A stretch of DNA of 64,000 nt. It comes from Felis catus. Lineage: Eukaryota. The notes beneath the pieces were generated by a model. The model saw only the letters and a program-made list of their open reading frames with translations, did not search any database and had not been told where the DNA came from. Positions 44,085 through 54,566 of the stretch are shown here, piece by piece (the first letter of the stretch is position 1; every line of letters begins with the position of its first letter). Location of the stretch: assembly GCF_018350175.1 (NCBI RefSeq), contig NC_058381.1, positions 2,170,001-2,234,000 on the forward strand, written 5' to 3'. The position numbers and the translations under genes were made by a program.

Positions 44085-44875
44085 TCAAAATTATAAAGCG
44101 CCTAGGAATTAACCAAGTATTGACAAGACCTCAGTGGGAGAAAAAAACAGTTTAATTCAAATAAAGGACATAGATAACTTGGAAGAATAGAGAAACAGCC
44201 CCTGCGCTTATAAATGCGGTGACTTCACATTATAAAGACATCAGTTGTCTCCAGAATAAATAATTTTATATATTACCAGTAAAATCCAATTAAAAAAATG
44301 TTTCTTTAGAGAGTGCGTGAGCGTGAACGGAGGAGGGGCAGACAGAGAGGAAGATAGCAAGAATCCCAAGCAGGCTCCTCACTGTCAGCACAGAGTCTGA
44401 TTCAGAGCTCGAACTCTCAAACGGGGAAATCATGACCTGAGCCGAAACCAAGAGTCGGACACTTAACCGACTGAGCCACCCAGGCGCCCCAAAAAGGAAT
44501 GAACTCTTGAGATACACAACAGCATGGATGAATCTCAAAATAATTACGTCGTGAAAGAAGCCAGCCCCCCCCCCATACATCCTGTATGTGTCCGTTTGCA
44601 TAAAATTCCAGAAAATGCAAAGTGTTCTAGGAAGACTGGCACTGGCTGCCTACAGGGGTGAGTGGAAAGGGCTGTAGGGAGGGATTACAAGAGGTAAAGG
44701 AAACCCCGGGGGATGATGGATATGTCCACTATCTTGATGACGGGGATGGTTTCGTGGGTGTGGACATCGGTCAAAACTTACCAAATTGTACATTTGAAAT
44801 ATGTGCAGTTTATTGTTTGTGAATTATACCTCAATAAAGCCGTTAAAAAAAACAAAAACAAAAACAAAAACAAAA
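44085..44875 (+). mobile_element. Old L1M fragments (ORF2 piece and 3'UTR) interrupted by a minus-strand Can-SINE at 44291-44490
   Basis: AAGGAATGAACTCTTGA...CATGGATGAATCTCAAAA...ATATGTGCAGTTTATTG...TACCTCAATAAAGC plus A tail is a typical L1M 3' end. Confidence 0.75.
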
Positions 44876-44951
44876 ACATAACTGGGTTCGATCTACTCTA
44901 AGCACCATATGAGTGTTCCATTATTCCCCTTCATTAAAACCCTAAGATGTA

Positions 44952-45455
44952 GGGGCACCTGGGTGGCGCAGTCGGTTAAGCGTCCGACTTCAGCCAGGTC
45001 ACGATCTCGCGGTCCGTGAGTTCGAGCCCCGTGTCGGGCTCTGGGCTGATGGCTCAGAGCCTGGAGCCTGTTTCCGATTCTGTGTCTCCCTCTCTCTCTG
45101 CCCCTCCCCGTTCATGCTCTGTCTCTCTCTGTCCCAAAAATAAAATAAAAAACGTTGAAGAAAAAAAAAATTAAAAAAAAAAGTAAATGAACATTTAAAG
45201 ACTTTTTTAAAAATTAAAACTGACGTTGGGGTGCCTGGGTGGCACAGTCGGTTAAGCGTCTGACTTCAGCCAGGTCACGATCTCACAGTCTGTGAGTTCG
45301 AGCCCCGCGTCAGGCTCTGGGCTGATGGCTCGGAGCCTGGAGCCTGTTTCCGATTCTGTGTCTCCCTCTCTCTCTGCCCCTCCCCCGTTCATGCTCTGTC
45401 TCTCTCTGTCCCAAAAATAAATAAACGTTGAAAAAAAAATTAAAAAAAAAAAAAG
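44952..45455 (+). mobile_element. Two young felid-type SINEC copies in tandem (44952-45182 and 45228-45455) within one TSD, inserted in a MIR
   Basis: Near-identical copies; TSD AAAACCCTAAGATGTA at 44936-44951 and 45456-45471. Confidence 0.93.
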
Positions 45456-45610
45456 AAAACCCTAAGATGTAGATGCTATTATTATCTTCCTTCTCGTTTT
45501 ATAGATGAGGTATATAAGACACAAAGAGCTTAGGTAACTTTCCCAAGGGCAAAGTTAGCAAGTTGGTAAGGGCACTCAAACTCAGGGAGTGTGAGCCCAG
45601 AGCCCATACT

Positions 45611-45820
45611 TTTTTTTTTTTCATGTTTATTTGTTTTTGAGAGAGAGACAGAGCATGAGCCCGGGAGGGGCAGAGAGAAAGGGGGACACAGGATCCGAAG
45701 CAGGCTCCAGGCTCTGAGCTGTCGGCACAGGGCCCGACGCGGGGCTCGAACTCACAGACCGTGAGATCAAGACCTGAGCCGAGGTCAGGCGCTCAACCAA
45801 CTGAGCCCCCCAGACGCTCC
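45611..45820 (-). mobile_element. Can-SINE inserted in the same MIR
   Basis: Flanked by CCAGAGCCCATACT / CCAGGGTCCATACT. Confidence 0.9.
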
Positions 45821-46264
45821 CCAGGGTCCATACTCCTAACTGCTGCATCTAGCCGTTTGCTGAGAGGCTGGGGCGGTAACAGAAGCCTCTCGCATTCTCG
45901 CACTGCTGATGGACGCGGAGCCGGGGACAGTCAGTCCTCAGAGCAAGCTGGTAGTACTTAGTCAAAGTAGGTGTTAAGTATGCCCTATGACTCAGAAATT
46001 CCACTTGTGTAGACAGATATAATTAATAATAGACATACGGATAGGCAGCGATGTCTCTCCCAGAGAAGTTCTCACAGGAAGCGGTAACAAGCCGGGTAGG
46101 AAATGTGTGTTGACACATTCTTTTGTTGCGTTTGGGAACTGATGGGTGTTCATCAGCGGGACCTCGAGCAACTACACGTGGCTTGAGTGACACCGTGGAG
46201 CCCCCACGCAACAGACTTGGTAATCACAGAGCATGAAGGAGGACGGAAACCATGGTGCTTACAA

Positions 46265-46369
46265 GGGCACCTGGGGGGCTCAGTCGGTTAAGCATGGGAC
46301 TCGCCATTTTGACTCAGGTCATCGAGTCCCGCGTGGGGCTCTGCACTGACCGCAGGGAGCCTGCTTGGG

Positions 46370-46438
<69 letters not shown>

Positions 46439-46480
46439 CCCTCTCTCTCTCTCTCAAAATAAATAAACTAAAAAAAAAAC
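46265..46480 (+). mobile_element. Can-SINE with expanded (CT)n(CA)n
   Basis: TSD AAACCATGGTGCTT (46247) / AAACCATAGTGCTT (46481). Confidence 0.88.
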
Positions 46481-46563
46481 AAACCATAGTGCTTCTGGTC
46501 AGTAAGTAGGATCAGAATGAAATATATAACAAGATGCTATTTACATAAATTAGAAATGTTTGC

Positions 46564-47218
46564 GGGAATGCCAGCTGGTGCAGCCACTCTGGAAAACAGT
46601 ATGGAGGTTCCTCAAAAAGCTAAAAACAGAACTACCCTATGACCCAGCAATTGCACTACTAGGCGTTTATCCACGGGATACAGGTGTGCTGTTCTGAAGG
46701 GACACATGCACCCCCATGTTTACAGCAGCACTATCGACAATAGCCAAAGGATGGAAGGAGCCCAAATGTCCATCGATGGATGAATGGATAAAGAAGATGA
46801 GGTATATATATGCAATGGGGTATTACTTGGCAATCAAAAAGAAGGAGATCTTGCCATTGGCAACTACGTGGATGGAACTGGAGGGTCTTACGCTAAGTGA
46901 AATTAGAGAAAGACAAAAATCATATGACTTCACTCATATGAGGACTTTAAGACACAGAACAGATGAACACAGGGAAGGGAAGCAAAAATAATATAAAAAC
47001 AGGGAGAGGGGCAAAACAGAAGAGACTCAGAAATATGGAGAACAAACTGAGGGTTGCTGGAGGGGGTGGGGGGGGGAATGGGCTAAGTGGGGAAGGGGCA
47101 TTAGGGAATCTACTCCTGAAATCATCGCTGCACCATATGCTAACTACTTTGGATGTGAGTTTAAGAAAATAAAATAAATAACAAAATAGGATTTGTCAAA
47201 AAATAAAAATAAAAATAA
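46564..47218 (+). mobile_element. 5'-truncated carnivore L1 (ORF2 C-terminus, 3'UTR and A tail)
   Basis: Translation MFTAALSTIAKGWKEPKCPSMDEWIKKM...TTWMELE is the L1 ORF2 C-terminus; TSD AGAAATGTTTGC at 46552-46563 and 47219-47230. Confidence 0.92.
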
Positions 47219-47344
47219 AGAAATGTTTGCACAGAAAACAACTGATGTTTTGCAAGAGCACAAACACAAGTGAGCATGAAATGCATTGGAATGGCTGCCT
47301 TTTGAGGGAGGACAAAGGGAAATGGGTTGTGAATCCAAAAAAAG

Positions 47345-47716
47345 TTTTGTTTTCCTTTTTTTTTTTTTTTAAGTAAGCTCTATGCCCAACGTGGGGCTTG
47401 AACTCACAACCCTGAGATCAAGAGTCACATGCTGTACCAACTGAGCCAGCCAGACGCCCCAAAAGAGAATAGCTTTTAAAATGAAAACAAGACGTATGGG
47501 GCATCTGGGTGGCTCAGTGGGTTGAGCATCCAACTTGGGCTCAGGTCATGATCTCACAGTTCGTGAGTTCGAGCCCCGCGTCAGGCTCTGTGCTGACAGC
47601 TCAGAGCCTGGAGCCTGCTTCGGATCCTCTGTTCCCCTCTCTCTCTGCCCCTCCCCTGCTCGAACGCGCTCTCTCTCTCTCTCTCTCAAAAGTAGATAAA
47701 CATTTCAAAATAAAAT
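47345..47716. mobile_element. Head-to-head SINE pair: short minus-strand tRNA-head SINE (47345-47460) and plus-strand Can-SINE (47498-47716)
   Basis: GGGCTTGAACTCACAACCCTGAGATCAAGAGTC head; the second copy is flanked by AAAACAAGAC. Confidence 0.85.
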
Positions 47717-47913
47717 AAAAACAAGACATCAATCAACACAGACAATGCACCAAGAACTGTGTCATTAATTCAATCCTCTGCACCTCAGACCCTGATCTAT
47801 AGACAAAATGCAGCGAAGGAGTGAACAGGGGAGACAGCATTGCTGAAGCTTGGGAATCCAGGTTGTCTTCCAGAACCTGGAAGCCAAATGGTCCTGTGAA
47901 GTAGGAGCAGAAG

Positions 47914-47916
<3 letters not shown>

Positions 47917-47965
<49 letters not shown>
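47917..47965. repeat. (GT)n microsatellite
   Basis: About 24 GT units. Confidence 0.97.
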
Positions 47966-47966
<1 letters not shown>

Positions 47967-48713
47967 CGGGGGCGGGGGCGTCCTGGCTTTCTCCTGCCCC
48001 CTCCCACCTCCATCGCTTACCCATCACGGGCTGAACCCAGCCAGAAGGCAGTGGTCACAGGAGCTTTGGAAACAAAAGCCTGCAGGGATGAACTCCCCGT
48101 GGCAGAGGGCAGAGTTTGGGAAGGGCTACAGCTGTCTATCAAGAAGCAAGACACACACACACACACACACACGCACACACGCACGCGCGCGTGTGCGCTC
48201 CGATGTAAAGCCCCCCCCCCCCAATGTCATGTGTCTCTCCTCTCCTTCCATCTTCTATCAACAACCCCTTGCCCACCTTCCAGGCCACCTTTCTTTCTCC
48301 CTCCCAGCTCTCCTGACTTCTCTCTTGTCTAGAAGGGTCGCTGAGAAGCACTGGAAACACAGCATCTGAATGAGAGCAGGAATGTGCCCTCGTAGAACGG
48401 AGCCCAGAACCTCACCTGCTACACTGACTTTCCATCTGCCCCCAGTCTGCGCCCCCCTTTAACCCCTCTGTTCTAGGCACCTTGCTTGGCTTTTCCCCTC
48501 CTCCCCTTGTAGCATCCCCGAGTCCCTGGTTCCTCATTGGCCCTTCCCTGCTTCTATCAATGGCCTCCGCTCCTAAAGGATTGGTACTCCTCAATGTTGA
48601 CACTTTAGTTCTTCATCTACGCCCCCTTGGCCAGATAGGTGGAGCCAATCCCCTGATAGTTCCCTCTTTTGTGCCGGCTCTCCAGCCTGTGCTCTTGGCC
48701 ATAAGGCCAGACC

Positions 48714-48750
48714 TTCATTCATTCATTCATTCATTCATTCATTCATTCAT
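48714..48750. repeat. (TTCA)n tetranucleotide repeat at the end of a probable L2 fragment
   Basis: About 9 TTCA units followed by CCAACACGTACTGAGTGCC, which is L2-like. Confidence 0.85.
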
Positions 48751-49055
48751 CCAACACGTACTGAGTGCCCGCCACTAAGGCTGGGTGCTGGGAGCACAGA
48801 GGGAAACAAGGTGAACTTCTATGCTCACGGCTTAAGTACAGAGGGAAGAAAACAAATGACAATCCACTACGCTGGGGACAGGGGGCTTTCTTTCTCTACC
48901 CCCGCCCCCCAGAGGAAGGCCAAGAAAGGTTTCAGAGAGGAGGTGGGCATTTTTTGAAGGGTGAACAGAGGTCTTCCAGATTGAGAGATTCGTACAGCAA
49001 AGGCACTCGGGATAGAAATGACACCATGTGTTCTGGGTACAAGGAGTCAGGTATC

Positions 49056-49250
49056 GGGCCCCTGGGTGGCTCAGTGGGTTAAGCGTCCAATTTCGGCTCA
49101 GGTCACGATCTCCCGGTCGGTGAGTTCCAGCCCCCCTATGGGCTCTGCACTGACAATTCAGAGCCTGCTTGGGATTCTCTCTCTGCCTCTCCTTCTCTGC
49201 CCCTGCCCCACTTGTGCTCACTCTCACAAAACAAATCAATAAGCTTAAAA
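49056..49250 (+). mobile_element. Can-SINE
   Basis: GGGCCCCTGGGTGGCTCAG head, body and A-rich tail. Confidence 0.88.
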
Positions 49251-50098
49251 ACCACCACCACCACCAAGGGGTTAGGTATTGCCTAGAACACGAGGGAAAA
49301 GAAGGGAAGGTGAGGCAGAGGGAAGAAAAGCAGGAGTTTTCGCTCTGAAAAGGGGTTTGAATTTGACGTGGGGACAACAAGGAACCAGAGAGTTTGGGGG
49401 CAGGAGTGATGAGGTTGAACTTTTTGCCTTGAACGCCGTCCTCCGCGGCAGGGAAAGTAAGGAGCAGGAGGTTAATGGTGGTCTGGACCAAGGCGGCAGC
49501 AAGGCAGGTGGAGAAAATCTGGTGAATGAGAATTTAGGAGGCCAGCGCACCAAAGCTGGTAACGCACCGGATAAAGGCGGGAGGCGGGAAGGGGAGGAGG
49601 GGAAGGGGCAAGGGAGGAGGAAGCAAGCAGGACCTCCGGGATTCCCCCAGGAGTGCCAGGGTGGCCAACGGGACCATCCACTGGGATGAAGAGGTCAGAA
49701 GGAAGAGCGGGTGTGGGCATGCTGATGATGCGAGCCGCCCGGCGCAGGCGGTAGCTGAATCCTGGGGTCCGGAGCTCCCGAAGGAGGCCTGGGCTGGATG
49801 TAACGAAGCCTTTCCGAGGCGGACCTGCGAGGGACAGGGGGCCAGAGACGACTGTGCCCGGATCCGCTGCGGATCCTCGCTCGCCCCGCAGGTGGTGCTA
49901 CAGCCCCGCGCTTCGGGGACCCGAGGGCTGCGCCGCGCGTTCCGCGGAACGCGCGGCGCGCCAACACTAGGTCGCGCCCTCCTGGCTGGGGGTTCAGACC
50001 CGGAGCGGCCTCTGGAGAGCGTGTCCAAGTCGTCCACGCGGCCGGCACACTGGTGGCGGCTCGGGAACCTCAGGCTGGTGGCGTGACTGGTGTGAACA

Positions 50099-50410
50099 GC
50101 TGTCCCTCAGGCCGCCTCCAGGAGCCAGTGTGCGGGACGGGTGTAGGGGGAGGGCCAGATAGGTGCAGGGGTGCACGGAAGGAGGACCTCCAGGCCCACA
50201 CACGCCACCCTCTAGGAGCGGAATTTCCTGTCCCCCTCCTCCCACCCGGGCCGTCCCCGCGTGGGAAGCGCGCCTCGGAGCCTTTAAGGCTCCATCTCCC
50301 TGCCCTCCCCCGCCCGGGACAGGCCGGGACACCCGGGACCTGACATTTGGCATCTCCCAACGTGGGAGCTAAAAATAGCCGCGGGGGGGGTTACTCCAGG
50401 CCATTGCTCC
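50099..50410 (+). promoter_or_regulatory. GLUT4 muscle/adipose enhancer: Domain I-like element, E-box, MEF2 site and TRE-like element
   Basis: TGTCCCTCAGGCCGCCTCCAGGAGCCA at ~50101 (Domain I/GEF-like, as recalled), CATTTG 50344-50349, perfect MEF2 site CTAAAAATAG 50369-50378, followed by GGGTTACTCCAGGCCA. Confidence 0.8.
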
Positions 50411-51050
50411 CCAGCCACCCCGCGCGCCACCTCGCGCGCGCTGCGTCGGGCCGCCAGACTTGTCTCCCGGCCCAGCCTACCTGCCGCATCCCCTCCTCCC
50501 GGACCCCGCGGTCCCAACCCGCGGCGCAGGGTACCCAAGTCGCCTCTTCGGCCCCAACCCCGGCTGCGGGGCGGAGTCTCCGCACGCGGCGGGGCGGGGC
50601 CGCTGTGTCCTGGGACCTGGTCTCCAAATTTGCCCGCGGGAGGCGGGCGGGAACCCGCGGGGCGTGTCCCGTCGGGTACGTCGGGGAGGCGTGGTCTCGC
50701 CGGCCCCACCCGCTCCCCGGTGCCAAATTCTGAACACAAGGCTTAGGGAGGGGCGTGGCCTTCTGGGGTGTGCGGGCTCCTGGCCAATGGGTGCTGCGAA
50801 GGGCGTGGCCCGTGGGGGCTGCGGGGGCTCTTCGGGTCTCTCCCCCCAGCCCCGCTGCGCCAGATCCCGGGGAGCCCTGCCGCTCTCTGCATCCTTGGCT
50901 GGCGGCAGTGGGTCCCGCCAGGCTCGCCCTCCGCGCGGTCGCTCCGGGACGCCCGTCGCCCCGCGCCCTCGGCCCGCCAGGCCGGGACCGCCGACCCCCA
51001 GTCGCCTCCCCGTTAACTGCTGCTCCTGCGCCTCGGGTTCTTGAGACAAG

Positions 51051-54000
51051 ATGCCGTCGGGTTTCCAACAGATCGGCTCCGAAGTAGGGTTCAGCATGAG
51101 GGGGCGGGACGGGGGCACAGGGCCCTCTTTACTAGGGCTGGGGTCGCCTTTGGGGTCAGCTAGGGGGCGGTCCCTGCGCAGGCGCAGGGGGGAGGGGGGG
51201 TGGGGGTGGGGGCCTGGCTATTTATACCCTTGCGGGGCAACCCGTGACTGTCGGATTCCAGTCCTTCCAAGAGGCTGAGTGGGTCTCGGGGACAGTTCGG
51301 GGACACGGGCCACCACTGGATTTCCCGAGTCCAGGGTTCGCTCCTTTCTCCAGTACGAGGCGCGCTGCGCCGGGATCGGGGACACCCTGCCCTCGATCCA
51401 GCTTGAGAAAGCAGATCCAGGCGAGCCGTGCCCTCCTGGAGCTGTCCGTCTGTCCCGGCTCTCTCGGGAAGTTTTTCGAGGACCGGAGGCTCTCCGTGGG
51501 CCCCCACCCCCACCCCTGGCCGTCCTCCAGGACGCTGAACTTTCCCTCAGCCCCACGGTTGGTGGAGGGGCTGAGGGGAGTGTCAGCCCCCCCCCTCCCC
51601 CAGCTCAGGTTTCCGCTTAGAGACACTCCGTACCGCCAGCGAGCGGCCACCACCGCCACCGCCCCTCACACCACCTTCCCGCCCCCATCCCCTGGGCCTG
51701 GCTCCCCCAGGCAGAAGCCGGGCACGGCCCCCGCCCTTCGTCGGAGCCTGGAGGGGGAAGGGAGGCCGGGGCGGGGACAGAGAAGGCCACCCCAAGGGCC
51801 ATATGCGGGGAGGAATGACCGCGATGTCCTTTTTGGAATTGTCTTTTGTTGAGCCTGTTGGGCGCCTCTGGGAGCCCGCTGAGGGAGCCCCCAGAGGGGG
51901 AGAGGAAAGAGGGCAGAGGCAGGCAACATCACCCCTACCCGCCCCCCCCCCCCAACCCAGTGGAAACCTAGGCTCAGAGTGGGGAAGGGACTCACCCAAG
52001 GTCACCCAAATTCCAACTCAAGTCTTAAGGCCAAGCCTGTCCCAAGGTCACAGAGGAATGGTGAGGCCCGAGGTCCTCAAACATTTCTCAGCTTGCTGGA
52101 CCCAAAGACCCAGTTTTGGTTTGGTTTTTTTTTGTTGTTTTTTTTTTTTTTCTTTTTCATGGCTGATCACTGTTGGGTTCTTCCTACTACTGTTTACACT
52201 GAGATCTTTGCTCTATTCCTAATATGGCCCAGTTTCCCTCACCCAACATGTTGGATAGAACCCAGCATCTTAAAGCTCCGGCTGGGCCCGGGCCCCTGGA
52301 GGAAAGAAAGGAAGCATGATTCTGTGTGACATGCCTCGTCTCTTCTTCTGCCTACCCAGGACGGGGAGCCCCCACGGCAACGAGTAACTGGGACCCTGGT
52401 CCTCGCCGTGTTCTCTGCTGTGCTTGGCTCCCTCCAGTTTGGCTATAACATTGGGGTCATCAATGCCCCGCAGAAGGTGAGGGGTCTGTGGCTGGCAGGG
52501 TGTGGACTGTCTAAACAAGGAGGGCAGGGGACAGCAAGGGACAGCAGAGGGAGACGCCTCTGCAGGCAGTCACTCTTACGCTGTCCCCCCAGGTGATTGA
52601 ACAGAGCTACAATGAGACGTGGCTGGGGAGGCAGGGGCCGGAGGGACCCAGCTCCATCCCGCCAGGCACCCTCACCACCCTCTGGGCTCTGTCCGTGGCC
52701 ATCTTTTCTGTGGGCGGCATGATCTCCTCTTTCCTCATTGGTGTCGTCTCTCAGTGGCTGGGAAGGTATGGGCCCGGAGGGCAGGGGTGAGGGACAGGAC
52801 CAGGGGTCACAGCATGGCACCCTAACTTCCAGCCCCACTCTTTGCCCTTCAGGAAGAGGGCCATGCTGGTCAACAACATCCTGGCGGTGCTGGGGGGCAC
52901 CCTCATGGGCCTGGCCAATGCTGCTGCGTCCTACGAGATGCTCATTCTCGGACGGTTCCTCATTGGCGCCTACTCAGGTACCGACGGGCGCCATGGCCCT
53001 GCCCGGTGCCCTGCTATCTTGTCCGTTCACCATCACTGAACCTGCAGGGGGGAGTGGCCAGCTGCCCTCAGCCCTGTCTTCTTCCCTCTGCCCAGGGCTC
53101 ACGTCGGGGCTGGTGCCCATGTACGTGGGGGAGATCGCCCCCACTCACTTGCGGGGCGCCTTGGGGACGCTCAACCAACTGGCCATCGTCATTGGCATTC
53201 TGATCGCCCAGGTGACCGGGCCAGGCCTTATGAGTGGCTAGGCGGGGGGGCGGGGGGCTGGGTGGGGCTCCGGGCTGAATGGCCTGGCCCGTTTCCCACC
53301 CTCGTTCCTCAGGTGCTGGGCCTGGAGTCCATGCTGGGCACCGCCACCCTGTGGCCACTACTGCTGGGCATCACGGTGCTGCCTGCCCTCCTGCAGCTGG
53401 TCCTACTGCCCCTGTGCCCGGAAAGCCCCCGCTACCTCTACATCAGCCGGAACCTGGAGGGGCCGGCCAGAAAGAGTGAGCCTGGGCCCCACCTTGCTCG
53501 GCCGCCCTCCCAGGCCCCCCCCCCCCCCCCCCCCGCCGTCCCCCTCCCCGCCCTCCCCGCGCCCCTCCCCGCCCGCCCTCCCTCTCAGGCCCCGCCCTCC
53601 TCGCCCCCAGGCCTGAAGCGCCTCACGGGCTGGGCCGACGTGTCCGGAGCGCTGGCTGAGCTGAAGGAGGAGAAGCGGAAGCTGGAGCGTGAGCGGCCGC
53701 TGTCCCTGCTCCAGCTCCTGGGCAGCCGCACCCACCGGCAGCCCCTGGCCATCGCTGTGGTGCTGCAGCTGAGTCAGCAGCTCTCGGGCATCAACGCTGT
53801 ACGAGCCGCAGCCTCCGGGAAGGGCGGGGGGCGGGGCCCGGCCCAAGAGGAGGGGGAGAAGAAGGGCGCAGGCTCCCCGCGTTCAAACTCGGGTCGGTCG
53901 GGCTTGGTGTGGCCACCAGGGGGGAGAGGGTCACCCCTGCCATCCCCTTCTCTTCTCCCCCGCTCCTAGGTGTTCTACTATTCAACCAGCATCTTCGAGA

Positions 54001-54535
54001 CAGCAGGGGTAGGACGGCCAGCCTACGCCACCATAGGGGCCGGCGTGGTCAACACGGTCTTCACCTTGGTCTCGGTAACTGTGGGCGCCCACCATCGCCT
54101 TCGTGTCCCCCACTAGCCCCCGCCCGCCCGGTCCCTCCCACTCCTGTGCCCGGAGGCCCCCTGCCAAGCCGTGACTCTTCCTCGCAGGTGTTCTTGGTAG
54201 AGCGCGCGGGGCGTTGGACCCTCCACCTCCTGGGCCTGGCGGGGATGTGTGGCTGCGCCATCTTGATGACCATAGCTTTGCTGCTGCTGGTGAGGCCTGG
54301 GGAGGGGGAGGGAGCCAGCGGCCCAGCCCGAGGGCACCGCCCCGACCCCGAGGAGCTCTGGGGCCAGCCTCGGGCCAGGACCATGGTCCGCGTTCCCCTT
54401 TGTTCCTGCACCTCTTCCTGCTCTGGGAGGAAGCTCGGGCAGAACCCTGGCAGCCAGGGAGGAGAGCCACTGTCTAGTTTTAGGAACAACAATTCCTAAG
54501 GACCCAGTTTGAGAACCAAGAGAGAACCAACTAGC

Positions 54536-54566
<31 letters not shown>

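Noticed and set aside
44952-45455. Direct repeats with a spacer resembling CRISPR, and tRNA-like heads resembling tRNA genes
   Set aside because: They are tRNA-derived Can-SINEs in a mammalian genome; no cas genes and no complete cloverleaf.
46716-46991. 91-aa ORF MFTAALSTIAK...
   Set aside because: Fragment of L1 ORF2 in a truncated retrotransposon, not a host gene.
49534-51852. Many overlapping 100-225 aa ORFs in the SLC2A4, CLDN7 and YBX2 CpG islands
   Set aside because: They are Arg/Gly/Pro/Ala-rich products of stop-codon depletion at very high GC.
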